Program-made: the position numbers and the translations under genes | Part shown: positions 51,257-61,438 of the stretch, piece after piece | How the letters are laid out: each line of letters starts with the position of its first letter | Numbering within the stretch: the first letter of the stretch is position 1 | The notes under the pieces: model-generated | Told to the model about the DNA's origin: nothing | Database searches by the model: none | The model's input: the letters and a program-made list of their open reading frames with translations, nothing else | Origin: an uncultured cyanobacterium | GTDB lineage: Bacteria; Cyanobacteriota; Cyanobacteriia; Cyanobacteriales; Microcystaceae | Direction: 5' to 3' | DNA length: 64,000 nt | Assembly (NCBI GenBank): GCA_963807635.1 | Contig: CAWEDJ010000040.1 | Location: forward strand, 32,001-96,000

Positions 51257-53662
51257 ATGGTGCAACTTTCCCCACCAACCATCGCAACCGAACCCAAAAA
51301 TGCGATCGCCGATCAAAATTTACCCCTTGCGATCGCCACCTTAGACGTTCAGGGAATGAAATGTGCAGGCTGTGTCAGTGCGGTAGAGCGTCAATTAACC
51401 CAAAATTCGGGGGTGGTTTCCGCTTGTGTGAATCTTGTCACTGAGGTTGCCGTTGTTAAATACCAGGAAGGAGAAATTGCCCCTGAAACCCTCGCCGAAA
51501 AATTAAGCGATCGCGGATTTCCTGCCCAACTACGAACCAGTTCCGAGTCACACAAGAAGAGAATTAACACCCATCAACGTCGGCAACAGGCACAAAAAGA
51601 ACAACTCTGGGGATTGAGCGTGGCGGCTCTACTGTTGATTTTTTCGGGAATTGGCCATTGGGGACACATTAGCGGTAAACCCCTACCCATTCTCAGCAAT
51701 ATTTGGTTTCATTGGGGTTTGGCAACTTTAGCTTTACTGATTCCTGGAAGAAGCATAATTGTGGATGGATGGCGCAGTTTATGGCACGGAATGCCCAGTA
51801 TGAATACCCTCGTAGGTTTGGGAACCTGTAGCGCCTATTTAGCCAGTTTTGCGGCTTTACTGTTTCCTGCTTTGGGTTGGGAATGCTTTTTTGATGAACC
51901 CGTGATGCTGTTGGGATTTATCCTCCTCGGTCGTACCCTAGAAGCCAAAGCCCGCCATCGAGCCTCTGCCGCCCTAGAAGCCCTGGTCGCCCTTCAACCG
52001 TCTATTGCCTGTTTATTAGGAAATCCCGACCAATTAGACCAATCAGGGATTGAAATTCCCGTAGAACAGGTGCGAGTCGGCGAATGGCTCAGAATTTTGC
52101 CAGGTGAAAAGATTCCCGTTGATGCCAAGATTACGGCGGGAAATAGCACCATTGATGAATCATTGTTAACAGGAGAATCTATTCCAGTCCTGAAACAAAA
52201 GGGAGATAACGCGATCGCGGGAACGGTTAATCAATCGGGAGTATTGGTCATAGAAGCGACAAGAATTGGGGAAGACACAACCCTGGCTCAGATTATTAGC
52301 TCGGTCGAAGAAGCCCAAACGCGCAAAGTCCCGATTCAACAATTGGCTGATACGGTGGCGGGTTATTTTGCCTATGGAGTCATGGCGATCGCGTTGGTAA
52401 CTTTTCTGTTTTGGGAATTTTGGGGAACGAGTCTATTTCCGTCGGTTTTATCTGCCTCAATGGGTCACTTTATGCCCGAAATGACCGAACCCATGACGAC
52501 GACTCCCCTTTTATTAAGTCTGAAGCTCGCGATCGCGGTTTTAGTGATTGCCTGTCCCTGCGCCTTGGGTTTAGCCACACCCACTGCCATTTTAGTCGGA
52601 ACGGGAATTGGAGCAGAACGGGGGTTATTAATTAAAGGCGGCGATATTTTAGAAAAAACGAAAAAACTCAACACGATTGTTTTTGATAAAACAGGAACCC
52701 TCACCCTCGGTCATCCTAGCGTGACAGATTATTTATTAATCGGTGATATAACCGAAGAAAGGCTTTTACAACTGGCGGCAACGGTCGAAAATGGAACCAA
52801 TCATCCCCTAGCGGTCGCAATTCTCAAAACAGCCCAGGATCGAGGCTTAGATTTATTAGAAGCCCAGAATTTTTATACCAAACCAGGTTTGGGCGTAATT
52901 GCCGAGATTGCAAACCAAAAAGTTTTACTGGGAAATGAAAACTGGTTAACCCAATATCAGATTCCCATTACTGAACAATATCGCAGTCAAATTGCGGAAT
53001 TATCCCAGGCAGGTAAAACCCTGGTTTATGTGGCAATTAATGAAACGTTAGTTGGGATCATTGCCCTACAGGATCAACTTCGTCCCGATGCTCAAGTTAC
53101 GGTTCAAAAACTGCAAGAATTAGGCTTAGAAGTCATTTTACTCACGGGAGATCAACCCTTAGTCGCCAACGCGATCGCGTCTCAAGTGGGGATTCCCAAG
53201 GTTTTTTCCCAAGTCCAACCCGATCAAAAAGTGGCCATTATTCAATCTCTGCAAAAGACATCTGACAATCTTAAAAAATCCGTCGCAATGGTCGGAGATG
53301 GGATTAATGATGCACCCGCCCTAGCCCAGGCTGATGTGGGAATTTCTCTACGGGGAGCCACCGATGTCGCCCGATCTACTGCCGATATGGTTTTAATGCG
53401 ATCGCAACTATCGGATATTATCGCGGCGATCGAATTAAGCAATGCTACGGTTAAAAAAATTCAAGAAAATCTAGTCTGGGCCTTGGGATATAATGTGATC
53501 GCCATTCCCGTTGCCGCAGGAGTTTTGTTACCCCAATGGGGATTAATCTTAAGTCCTGCGATCGCGGGAGCTTTTATGGCTGTGAGTTCCATTATTGTTG
53601 TCACCAACTCGTTAGGATTACGCCGTCAATTTCCCTTAAAATTTTCAACCAAACCCCAATAA
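51257..53662 (+). CDS. ctaA: Copper-translocating P1B-type ATPase (CtaA-like)
   Basis: GMKCAGC HMA domain, TGES, ACPCALGLATP, DKTGT, GDGINDAP, YN and MAVSS. Confidence 0.9.
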   Translation: MVQLSPPTIATEPKNAIADQNLPLAIATLDVQGMKCAGCVSAVERQLTQNSGVVSACVNLVTEVAVVKYQEGEIAPETLAEKLSDRGFPAQLRTSSESHKKRINTHQRRQQAQKEQLWGLSVAALLLIFSGIGHWGHISGKPLPILSNIWFHWGLATLALLIPGRSIIVDGWRSLWHGMPSMNTLVGLGTCSAYLASFAALLFPALGWECFFDEPVMLLGFILLGRTLEAKARHRASAALEALVALQPSIACLLGNPDQLDQSGIEIPVEQVRVGEWLRILPGEKIPVDAKITAGNSTIDESLLTGESIPVLKQKGDNAIAGTVNQSGVLVIEATRIGEDTTLAQIISSVEEAQTRKVPIQQLADTVAGYFAYGVMAIALVTFLFWEFWGTSLFPSVLSASMGHFMPEMTEPMTTTPLLLSLKLAIAVLVIACPCALGLATPTAILVGTGIGAERGLLIKGGDILEKTKKLNTIVFDKTGTLTLGHPSVTDYLLIGDITEERLLQLAATVENGTNHPLAVAILKTAQDRGLDLLEAQNFYTKPGLGVIAEIANQKVLLGNENWLTQYQIPITEQYRSQIAELSQAGKTLVYVAINETLVGIIALQDQLRPDAQVTVQKLQELGLEVILLTGDQPLVANAIASQVGIPKVFSQVQPDQKVAIIQSLQKTSDNLKKSVAMVGDGINDAPALAQADVGISLRGATDVARSTADMVLMRSQLSDIIAAIELSNATVKKIQENLVWALGYNVIAIPVAAGVLLPQWGLILSPAIAGAFMAVSSIIVVTNSLGLRRQFPLKFSTKPQ

Positions 53663-53688
53663 TCGTCGAACGGTTTAAGCAAGCTCCC

Positions 53689-54162
53689 ATGACCCAACGA
53701 ACAGCTAATACGAAGGAAGAACATTACCTCATTATTCAGGATAATCGAGGCAGAAGGGAACTTTTATTAACTGAAAATATATATACCTTGGGGCGATCAG
53801 CTAATTGTGACATTATTATCAAATCCCAATTTGTCTCCCGACATCATGCGACCCTCCTCCGTCATCAAAGAGAAGATAATTCCCTTTATTATGAGATTAT
53901 CGATGGCAATGGAGCCGACAAAGTTAGTGCCAACGGACTCTTATTTAATAGTAAAAAAATCTTCCAGCACAATCTACGGTCTGGGGATGAAATTATTTTT
54001 GGCCCTCAAATTTCTATTGTGTATCAGTACCGTCAACGCAATGAGTTTCTTAGTTTCCCTGGGAATGATCCCTTTGACATCACTCTCATCGATCCCAGCA
54101 TGATGGATGATGATATTCCTACCCTGATGCCCACAACCCGAACTCAGGACAATCCAATTTAG
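53689..54162 (+). CDS. FHA domain protein
   Basis: LGRS...DI.....VSRHHA...SANG. Confidence 0.88.
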   Translation: MTQRTANTKEEHYLIIQDNRGRRELLLTENIYTLGRSANCDIIIKSQFVSRHHATLLRHQREDNSLYYEIIDGNGADKVSANGLLFNSKKIFQHNLRSGDEIIFGPQISIVYQYRQRNEFLSFPGNDPFDITLIDPSMMDDDIPTLMPTTRTQDNPI

Positions 54163-55025
54163 GGAATCCAGACCCTGGGACGGATGGCAGGGCGATCGCG
54201 ATAGGTCTGGCGCAATAATCCCCAAATTGCTTCAAAATAGTGTTTAACTTCGGTAGTAGAAGATCCCCGATAGCGACAAAGTAATCCCTCGCCCTGGGTT
54301 TGGGTAAGACCAATTTCGCCTTCCTTTACCCAAAATTTTCCCAATTCCCTCGCTTGAGTCACGACTTCTGTTTCCACTTTTTGCCCCAACCAAATAAAGG
54401 TCGCCACGATCGCTTTTTGGTTTAATCCATTCGGGCTATTAATGATTTCCACGCCGCCCTGTAAACCTTGACGGTCAATCCACAGAGGACAACCTGCTTG
54501 CCAAATCTCAATGCGCGATCGCCAATCTCCTGCTAAAAATTGTTCTCCCCTAGCGGTTCTGCCTAAACGGGTGATTTCCCAGCCACAAAAAAACGCATTT
54601 TCCCCTAGTTCTACTCTTAAATTTTGCTGATAGATTGCTTCATTAAAAATCACCGTTTCCTGGGGAAACCATTCCAGATAGGAATTTTCTCCTAATGTTA
54701 AAGTAATAATTTGTTGAGACCGTTCTCCTTCACTACGATAGACTTTACTCGCCGCCGCCGTCGTTAATAACACCTGACTATTAGTTTCTAATTCAATAGT
54801 TTGCAATAGGCGATCGCCTCCGACAATTCCCCCCGCCGTATGGAGAATGACGCTATGGCAAAGTTCTGGGCCTTCGGGATAAAACGCACGCTGTATTTTT
54901 AAAGGAGCTTGGGACAGAGCCTTGCTTAATTTCGTTGTGTCTGCTTGATGGGAATAGGTTAGATCTAATTTTCCTGTCCAAGATTTTGAAGCAGATGAAA
55001 TTGACAAAGGGGACGATAAATTCAT
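54159..55025 (-). CDS. ureD: Urease accessory protein UreD
   Basis: PLKIQRAFYPEG, HTAGGIVGGDRL, TTAAASKVYRS, PQETVIF, PRVW. Confidence 0.95.
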   Translation of the reverse strand: MNLSSPLSISSASKSWTGKLDLTYSHQADTTKLSKALSQAPLKIQRAFYPEGPELCHSVILHTAGGIVGGDRLLQTIELETNSQVLLTTAAASKVYRSEGERSQQIITLTLGENSYLEWFPQETVIFNEAIYQQNLRVELGENAFFCGWEITRLGRTARGEQFLAGDWRSRIEIWQAGCPLWIDRQGLQGGVEIINSPNGLNQKAIVATFIWLGQKVETEVVTQARELGKFWVKEGEIGLTQTQGEGLLCRYRGSSTTEVKHYFEAIWGLLRQTYRDRPAIRPRVWIP

Positions 55026-55507
55026 AATTGAACCAATTTTACTAAAATATCCTTCACCGCAGGCGGTAGTTGGCGCATAATCTTACCTTTTTCGGGATCA
55101 ATCGCCACTAGAGATATCTTACTGGTCAAACATAATTCCTTGGTTTCTAAACATTCCAGACGATAATCCCAATCCAATCTCACCCCCGTAATCTCATTCA
55201 TTCGGGTTTTCACGATCGCCGTTTGTCCTAGTCGAATCGCTCGATGATAACGAATAGACAAATCCACGACGGGTAAATCACACCCCAATTTGACTAATTC
55301 AGCAAAATCTATCCCGATAGAGCGCAGACATTCGACCCGTGCCGTTTCCATCCAAGTTAAATAGATTCCATGCCAAACCACGCCGCCGTAGTCTGTATGG
55401 TGGGGTTGCACTCGGACAACGTATTCAAACCATTTTTCGGTGGTGGCGTTTAATCCAGAATCTAGGGCAATCGCCGTTGTGGGGGGAAGTTGGGGAGAAT
55501 TTGACAA
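55022..55507 (-). CDS. Acyl-CoA thioesterase (YbgC/hotdog family)
   Basis: VRVQPHHTDYGGVVWHGIYLTWMETARVE. Confidence 0.9.
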   Translation of the reverse strand: MSNSPQLPPTTAIALDSGLNATTEKWFEYVVRVQPHHTDYGGVVWHGIYLTWMETARVECLRSIGIDFAELVKLGCDLPVVDLSIRYHRAIRLGQTAIVKTRMNEITGVRLDWDYRLECLETKELCLTSKISLVAIDPEKGKIMRQLPPAVKDILVKLVQL

Positions 55508-55600
55508 GTTAAATAACGGAGGTATTAGGAGTTGTTTTTTATTTTAGCCTTTGATCACCTGAATGTTAAAAGCTCTCTTTTATAGTACAAACGAACTAAT

Positions 55601-55619
55601 CCCGACAAAAATTATCGGG
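55601..55619. promoter_or_regulatory. Palindromic operator candidate upstream of thrC-like/moaD
   Basis: CCCGA-N9-TCGGG just upstream of TTGACA (55625-55630) and TAGAGT (55649-55654). Confidence 0.5.
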
Positions 55620-55691
55620 TATGTTTGACAGTTATTTTGAGGGGGTGTTAGAGTAATTAAAGATTGATGGAATTAAGAGGACAAACTCTCT

Positions 55692-57007
55692 ATGACCGTA
55701 GCAACACAAACTCCCCAAACTTTAAGCACCAAAGTCCCCACCAGTTTTTGCACCAAATTGGTATCCAAGGAAGGCAGTACCGAATATCCGCTCAAAGCGA
55801 TGCACATTTGCGAGGAAACCTTCGCTCCCCTAGAAGTGGCCTATGATTACGATTTAATGCGTCGCCACGTCACACGGGAAACCATAGAAGCTGCCCGAAT
55901 TCCATTTGGCGTTATCGTGCTTTTCTCCCCGTTGAAGGAGATGACTTAATTGATGTCGGTACTGGGATGACTCCCCTCGTCAAGTCCCGCCGCCTAGCCC
56001 GTCGCTTAGGTCTAAAAAATCTTTATATCAAAAATGATGCAGTCAATATGCCCACCCTCAGTTTTAAAGACCGAGTGGTTTCTGTGGCTCTGACTCGCGC
56101 CCGTGAATTGGGTTTTACAACCGTATCCTGTGCTAGTACGGGAAATTTAGCCAACTCTACCGCCGCGATCGCAGCCCATGCAGGCTTAGATTGTTGTGTG
56201 TTTATTCCTTCTGATCTAGAAGCTGGCAAAATTTTAGGAACCTTAATTTATAACCCCACCTTAATGGCTGTTAAAGGTAATTACGACCAAGTGAATCGCC
56301 TCTGTTGTGAAGTGGGAAACACCTACGGTTGGGGATTTGTCAACATCAATCTGCGTCCCTATTATTCTGAAGGCTCGAAAACCTTGGGCTTTGAAGTAGC
56401 GGAACAATTAGGCTGGAAACTGCCCGATCATATTGTGGCTCCCCTGGCTTCGGGTTCCTTGTTTACCAAAATTTATAAAGGTTTCCGCGAATTTGTCGAA
56501 GTCGGTTTAGTGGAAGATAAAGCAGTTCGCTTTAGTGGTGCCCAGGCAGAAGGGTGTTCTCCCATTGCCACTGCCTTTAAGGAAGGACGGGATTTTATTA
56601 CCCCCGTTAAACCCGACACCATTGCTAAATCGATCGCGATCGGCAATCCCGCAGATGGCGTGTATGCCTTGGAATTAGCCCACAAAACCAACGGTAATAT
56701 CGAAAGCGTAACGGATGCGGAAATTATTGAAGGCATCAAGCTCTTAGCTGAAACCGAAGGCATTTTCACGGAAACCGCAGGCGGAACCACTGTTGCAGTC
56801 CTGAAAAAATTGGTAGAAGCGGGCAAAATTGATCCCGATGAAACTACGGTTGTCTATATCACAGGCAATGGCCTAAAAACCCAAGAAGCGGTTCAAGGCT
56901 CTATCAGCGAACCCTTTGTCATTGAACCCAAACTCGATAGTTTTGAGCGTGCCTTAGAGCGATCGCGTACTTTAGAACGTCTGGAATGGCAACAAGCTTT
57001 AGTCTAA
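55692..57007 (+). CDS. thrC: Threonine synthase-like PLP enzyme (frameshift near 55893)
   Basis: PTLSFKDR (PLP Lys), CASTGN, EGSKT, ITGNGLK. Restoring a G gives AGPNSIWRY. Confidence 0.85.
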
Positions 57008-57079
57008 ATTGATAATTATCAACTATCAATTCACTAACATATTTATCTCGTACTTTTGATTTAATTTAGTCGATAACCT

Positions 57080-57355
57080 ATGGCCGTTAAAGTATTAGTC
57101 CCCACTGCGTTGCAAAAGTTTACCAACAATAAAGCGGAAATCAAATGTTCTGCTAGTAGTGTTGGTCAATTAATTGATTCCCTCGAAACCGATTGTCCTG
57201 GGATCAAAGCCCGTCTTTGTGATGAAGATGGCAAACCCCGCCGCTTTTTAAATTTCTATGTCAACAGTGAAGATATTCGTTTTCTTAAAGGAACGGAAAC
57301 CGTTCTCGCTGATGGCGACGAGGTAAGTATTGTCCCTGCGGTGGCAGGCGGTTAA
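57080..57355 (+). CDS. MoaD/ThiS-type ubiquitin-like sulfur carrier
   Basis: [10 protein letters not shown]...[13 protein letters not shown] with C-terminal GG. Confidence 0.92.
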   Translation: MAVKVLVPTALQKFTNNKAEIKCSASSVGQLIDSLETDCPGIKARLCDEDGKPRRFLNFYVNSEDIRFLKGTETVLADGDEVSIVPAVAGG

Positions 57356-57505
57356 TCCCCTCGAAAAATGTTTTGTGTTGCTTTTGGGGTACATTATTGT
57401 GTACCTCTTTTTTGTTTAAAGATTGGATATTATGAGCAACTTTCCGACTCAAGAATCCAAGCATTTACGGAGAATGTAAGGTTTACTTCGTTAAAGAATA
57501 ATCCT

Positions 57506-58750
57506 TTACTGTTGCATTTTTTCCAAGATGGCCACCGCAGTAGGGGATTTGCGGGTGAAGTAATTAAAAATCAATAATTTAAAAAATGAATCGAGGATGA
57601 CGGGAAAAGTCGCAATAAAAAGATAGATAAATTGACGGTTTTCTGGCAAGCCAAAATGCTCAAATAAATTACCTAAAACAACTTCCCAACCTTCGGCAGA
57701 ATGGAACCCAACAAATATATCGGTTAAAAGAATAAAAATAAATACCTTGGTAACGTCATTTAAGCCTAAGAAAATTCGATTGAGGTATTGCCTAACAATT
57801 TTAAATTCTTTTCTGAAAACAGCTAATAAAACTGTAAAAGCACCGAGGGAAGTTAGGTCAGCAATCAAATTGCCTAAGCCATTTGTACTTTTGTGGGCGG
57901 CTTCCTTAGCTAATTCTTGAGCTTTTTCTTTCAACTGTTCACGTTTTTCTAAATCCGTTAAGGGATGATCTATGCCTAAAAGTTCTCTGATTTCTAGCAA
58001 ATCCTTAAAGCGAGTAAATTCTTGAAGTTGTTCCTCTACAATTTCTTCTCTTATTTTTATTTGATTAAATGTTTTATTATCTACCATAAAATGATTAATC
58101 AAAGGAGTATATACTAGATTTTTGGTAATAATTTGAATACAAAAAGGAATAACAATTAATAAAATCAAAAAACGAATCGCAATTTTGTATTCCTGTCGTA
58201 GTTTTCGTAATTCTTGAATTACCTTCTGCTCATATTCCTCTGTTAAATCACGAGTCAGATTAAAAAATTGAGAACCTTCTCCAGCTTTAGCCGCAGTACT
58301 CAAGGATTTAGATAAACGAGTCTGGTTAGTTTCTTGGTTTGTTAGGGGTGAATCTGAATCGGTTAGATTTTTTTGTGACGAAGAAATGATTAAATCATCA
58401 ATATTTTGGCGATATTTACCAATAACTGATTCAATAAAATCTAGTTTAGTTAAAATGTCCTGTTCTTCATTGTTGAGTAAAGCTGAGTCAGGAGAAGGAC
58501 TAAAAAAATTACCCAGACGAAATTGGGCTAGATTCAAGCGAATTTGGGTCAATTCCCGATCTAAACTACTTTTGAAATAGTCAAAAACACTCTGGCCGCG
58601 ATCGCTGTCGGGGGCGATTTTCTGGCCATTAAAATGTTTATCCTCTAAATTTTTAATAATACCCGCCTGTTGATAGGCCCGATCTAGTGCTTTAAGCGAT
58701 CGCTGATTGACCCATTGATTTGTCCGATTTAGCCAGACAGGCAACGCCAT
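57506..58750 (-). CDS. CemA/PxcA family proton extrusion protein
   Basis: ALDRAY..A..IK.LED.HF.G, ILLTDIFVGFHSAEGWE, FIATFPVILD. Confidence 0.9.
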   Translation of the reverse strand: MALPVWLNRTNQWVNQRSLKALDRAYQQAGIIKNLEDKHFNGQKIAPDSDRGQSVFDYFKSSLDRELTQIRLNLAQFRLGNFFSPSPDSALLNNEEQDILTKLDFIESVIGKYRQNIDDLIISSSQKNLTDSDSPLTNQETNQTRLSKSLSTAAKAGEGSQFFNLTRDLTEEYEQKVIQELRKLRQEYKIAIRFLILLIVIPFCIQIITKNLVYTPLINHFMVDNKTFNQIKIREEIVEEQLQEFTRFKDLLEIRELLGIDHPLTDLEKREQLKEKAQELAKEAAHKSTNGLGNLIADLTSLGAFTVLLAVFRKEFKIVRQYLNRIFLGLNDVTKVFIFILLTDIFVGFHSAEGWEVVLGNLFEHFGLPENRQFIYLFIATFPVILDSFFKLLIFNYFTRKSPTAVAILEKMQQ

Positions 58751-58761
58751 AATTTTCAGCC

Positions 58762-60228
58762 CTATTGTTCAACCACATTCTTTTTCATCGTACTTTCGTC
58801 AGCAATAATTGCCCCATCTCGGAGTTCTAAAATACGAGAAACGGCGACCCTTTCCCCCGCACCAAGCCCCGAAAGGACTTGATAGGACTGACCCTGAATA
58901 TTACCCACATTAATTGGTTTCTGTTTGACCACCAAACTGGTTTCGCCTTGTTGGGGCTTGCTTTGTTCGGCCACAAAAACAAATTTTTGAGAACCCACAC
59001 TGGTAATCGCACTGGTAGGAATTAATAGCCCTGGCTGACGATTCCAAATAATTCTGACCCTCACGTATTGATTATTACGGAGGGTTCCGTTATTGGCAAA
59101 GAAAACTTTAGCGAGAATCGATTGGGCGTTGGGATCAACAGTGGGCGACACAAAACGAATATCTCCCGTTACCTTGGGTTTGCCATCGTCTCCAATAATT
59201 TGAGCGACTAATCCTTTTCGCAATTGGTTCGCCCGCTCCGTTGGCACATTGATATCCATTGCCATCAAGGAATTATTGGTTAAAGTCGTGAAACTTTCTC
59301 CTTGTCGTACATAATCCCCAATTTTGAGGTTGATGTTACCGACGATGCCATCAATCGGGGCAACTACTCGGTTAAAAATCAAATCCTGGGTCGTAGAACC
59401 CAATTGTCCCTGGGCTTGCTCAATCGAAGCTTTTTGTCGGCTAATGGTAGCTCTAGCGGCAGAGACCCTTTGTTCAGCCGCTCGAAGATTGTCCTGGGAT
59501 TGTTTGAGAGCGGCTTTTGCGGCATTGACACTGGCGAGAGAGGCTTGGGTAGTTGCCCTGGCCGCTTGAACCGTTTTTTGGGCGGCATCTACTTGATCTT
59601 TGGCGTTGTTGAGTTCGGTGGTTTTATTATCCAAGTCCTGTTGGGGTTGAACGCCTGTTTCTACTAAAAATTTAGACCGTTTGTAATTGATTTCTGCCAA
59701 TTTTAGGGTGGATTGGGTGCGTCTGAGGTCAGCTTCCCGCGTTTTTGTCGTCTCTTCGGAATTCGCTAAATTGGCGATCGCATTGGCAATGTTGGCTTGT
59801 TGGGTCACAATTTCTGATTTAGCGGCATCCCGTTGAGCCTCTACCGTTCTCAGATCGGCATTACTCCCTTCAAGATTCGCTTTTTGAATATTCACATTAC
59901 CGACGGCCGCATTCACGTTTTCCTGCTGTTGGGTCGGCTCTAATAGAATAATGGGATCATTGCGTTTCACCGCTTGTCCATAGGACGCAAAAACCTTCAA
60001 AATTCGACCATTAATTTGGGGGGCTAACTGAACAAACTGATCCGCCACCAGATTTCCCACAAAATCACTACTATCTATGACACTCTGGGGTTCAACTTCC
60101 TGGAGCCTGACGGGAATTGCTCTAGGGGCAGCCGCTTGCTTTTTTTCACCGCCGCCACAGGCAGTCGTCAGAAAGGAAAGCACTAATACCAAACCAAGGA
60201 CTTGACGGGAAAAAGGAGTGTTAACCAT
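58762..60228 (-). CDS. RND efflux periplasmic adaptor (MFP) lipoprotein
   Basis: Lipobox TAC, long coiled coil, APIDGIVG, GDYV, IPTSAI. Confidence 0.92.
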   Translation of the reverse strand: MVNTPFSRQVLGLVLVLSFLTTACGGGEKKQAAAPRAIPVRLQEVEPQSVIDSSDFVGNLVADQFVQLAPQINGRILKVFASYGQAVKRNDPIILLEPTQQQENVNAAVGNVNIQKANLEGSNADLRTVEAQRDAAKSEIVTQQANIANAIANLANSEETTKTREADLRRTQSTLKLAEINYKRSKFLVETGVQPQQDLDNKTTELNNAKDQVDAAQKTVQAARATTQASLASVNAAKAALKQSQDNLRAAEQRVSAARATISRQKASIEQAQGQLGSTTQDLIFNRVVAPIDGIVGNINLKIGDYVRQGESFTTLTNNSLMAMDINVPTERANQLRKGLVAQIIGDDGKPKVTGDIRFVSPTVDPNAQSILAKVFFANNGTLRNNQYVRVRIIWNRQPGLLIPTSAITSVGSQKFVFVAEQSKPQQGETSLVVKQKPINVGNIQGQSYQVLSGLGAGERVAVSRILELRDGAIIADESTMKKNVVEQ

Positions 60229-60650
60229 GATGCTAGATATATTGAATCAAAACAATTTTAGGGGATTAATGACGAAAATCAGTTAAATGAGGAGAATAGA
60301 GGGATAAATTAACAGTAAAGAAACATTCTATATAAAATTAATCTACGATAAATCTACTTGATTTACCGTGACACTGCAAGTCCCATGATAAGTTCCTGGG
60401 GACTAGAGGGCGACTCTTTACTCTGAGACGAATCTACAAAAGAGAAAAAAGAAAAATTAGGAACAGTTTTTTCTGAGAGTGACCTAGTGGTTTATTGAGT
60501 AGTTGAAAATGCGATCGCTGCCATCTTGTTGATTAACTTTAAAAAAGCGATCGCGTATTACGGTCTTCATAAACTCTGGGTGCAATTGTGAGGCTAAAAT
60601 GAGAGGGTGATCGCTTTCTTTCACCAGCCCTCAGACAAGGAGATTCTCAA

Positions 60651-60869
60651 ATGCCATTAGCCCAACTCATGTCACAAATCCAGGAACTTCCAAAAATTGA
60701 CAAACTTCGGCTCATGCAGTTCCTTGCCACAGAACTGGTCAAGGAAGAAGATACAAACTTCTTTGTTGCGAACCGAGAGTATCCAGTCTGGTCGCCGTAC
60801 AACTGTTCTGAGGCTGCTAATGTCTTAATGAATCTTCTAGCAACAAAGCAGCAAGAAAAGAATGGTTGA
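60651..60869 (+). CDS. Small antitoxin-like protein
   Basis: AAGGAG RBS; IQELPKIDKLRLMQFLATEL...YPVWSPY; overlaps the next gene by 8 nt. Confidence 0.75.
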   Translation: MPLAQLMSQIQELPKIDKLRLMQFLATELVKEEDTNFFVANREYPVWSPYNCSEAANVLMNLLATKQQEKNG

Positions 60870-61284
60870 TACTCAAAAGTTTCCCTACAAAATCATTGAT
60901 AGTAATCTTGGAATGGTTGATCGAATGCCATACCTACCGTTGAAGCTCAGTCTTACTGGTCAATCTTTGAACACTGAAGGCTTATTGGATACAGGTGCAA
61001 GCGTTAATGTTTTGCCCTATGAGTTGGGTTTACAATTGGGCTTAATTTGGGAGGATGAAACGCTCTCAGTTCTATTAGCAGGGAACTTGGCTCGATTTGA
61101 AGCTCGTGCAATCGTTGTTGATGCTCAAGTCAGTTCATTCCCCAGTGTCAATCTTGCATTTGCTTGGACAAAAGCACCTAATGTACCTTTAATCTTGGGA
61201 CAAGCTAATTTCTTCTTTGAGTTTGATGTTTGTTTCTTCCGTGCGCGTTCTGAATTTGAAGTTCGTCCCAAACAGGTTGATTAA
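60862..61284 (+). CDS. Retropepsin-like (clan AA) aspartic protease
   Basis: GLLDTGAS catalytic motif, ILGQANFF..F.V.F. Confidence 0.85.
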   Translation: MVDTQKFPYKIIDSNLGMVDRMPYLPLKLSLTGQSLNTEGLLDTGASVNVLPYELGLQLGLIWEDETLSVLLAGNLARFEARAIVVDAQVSSFPSVNLAFAWTKAPNVPLILGQANFFFEFDVCFFRARSEFEVRPKQVD

Positions 61285-61438
61285 ACTTTAAAATCGCGAT
61301 CACTTTAGTTTGAAAGTGCGATCACCGTCTTTCGTCTAGTCATTACAACATAATTCTTTTCGGATTTGATGAAACTACACCAGTACCTTGAATTCAAACC
61401 TTAGTCTTGTTTTGAAACTATTCTGATTCTCTAAAACA

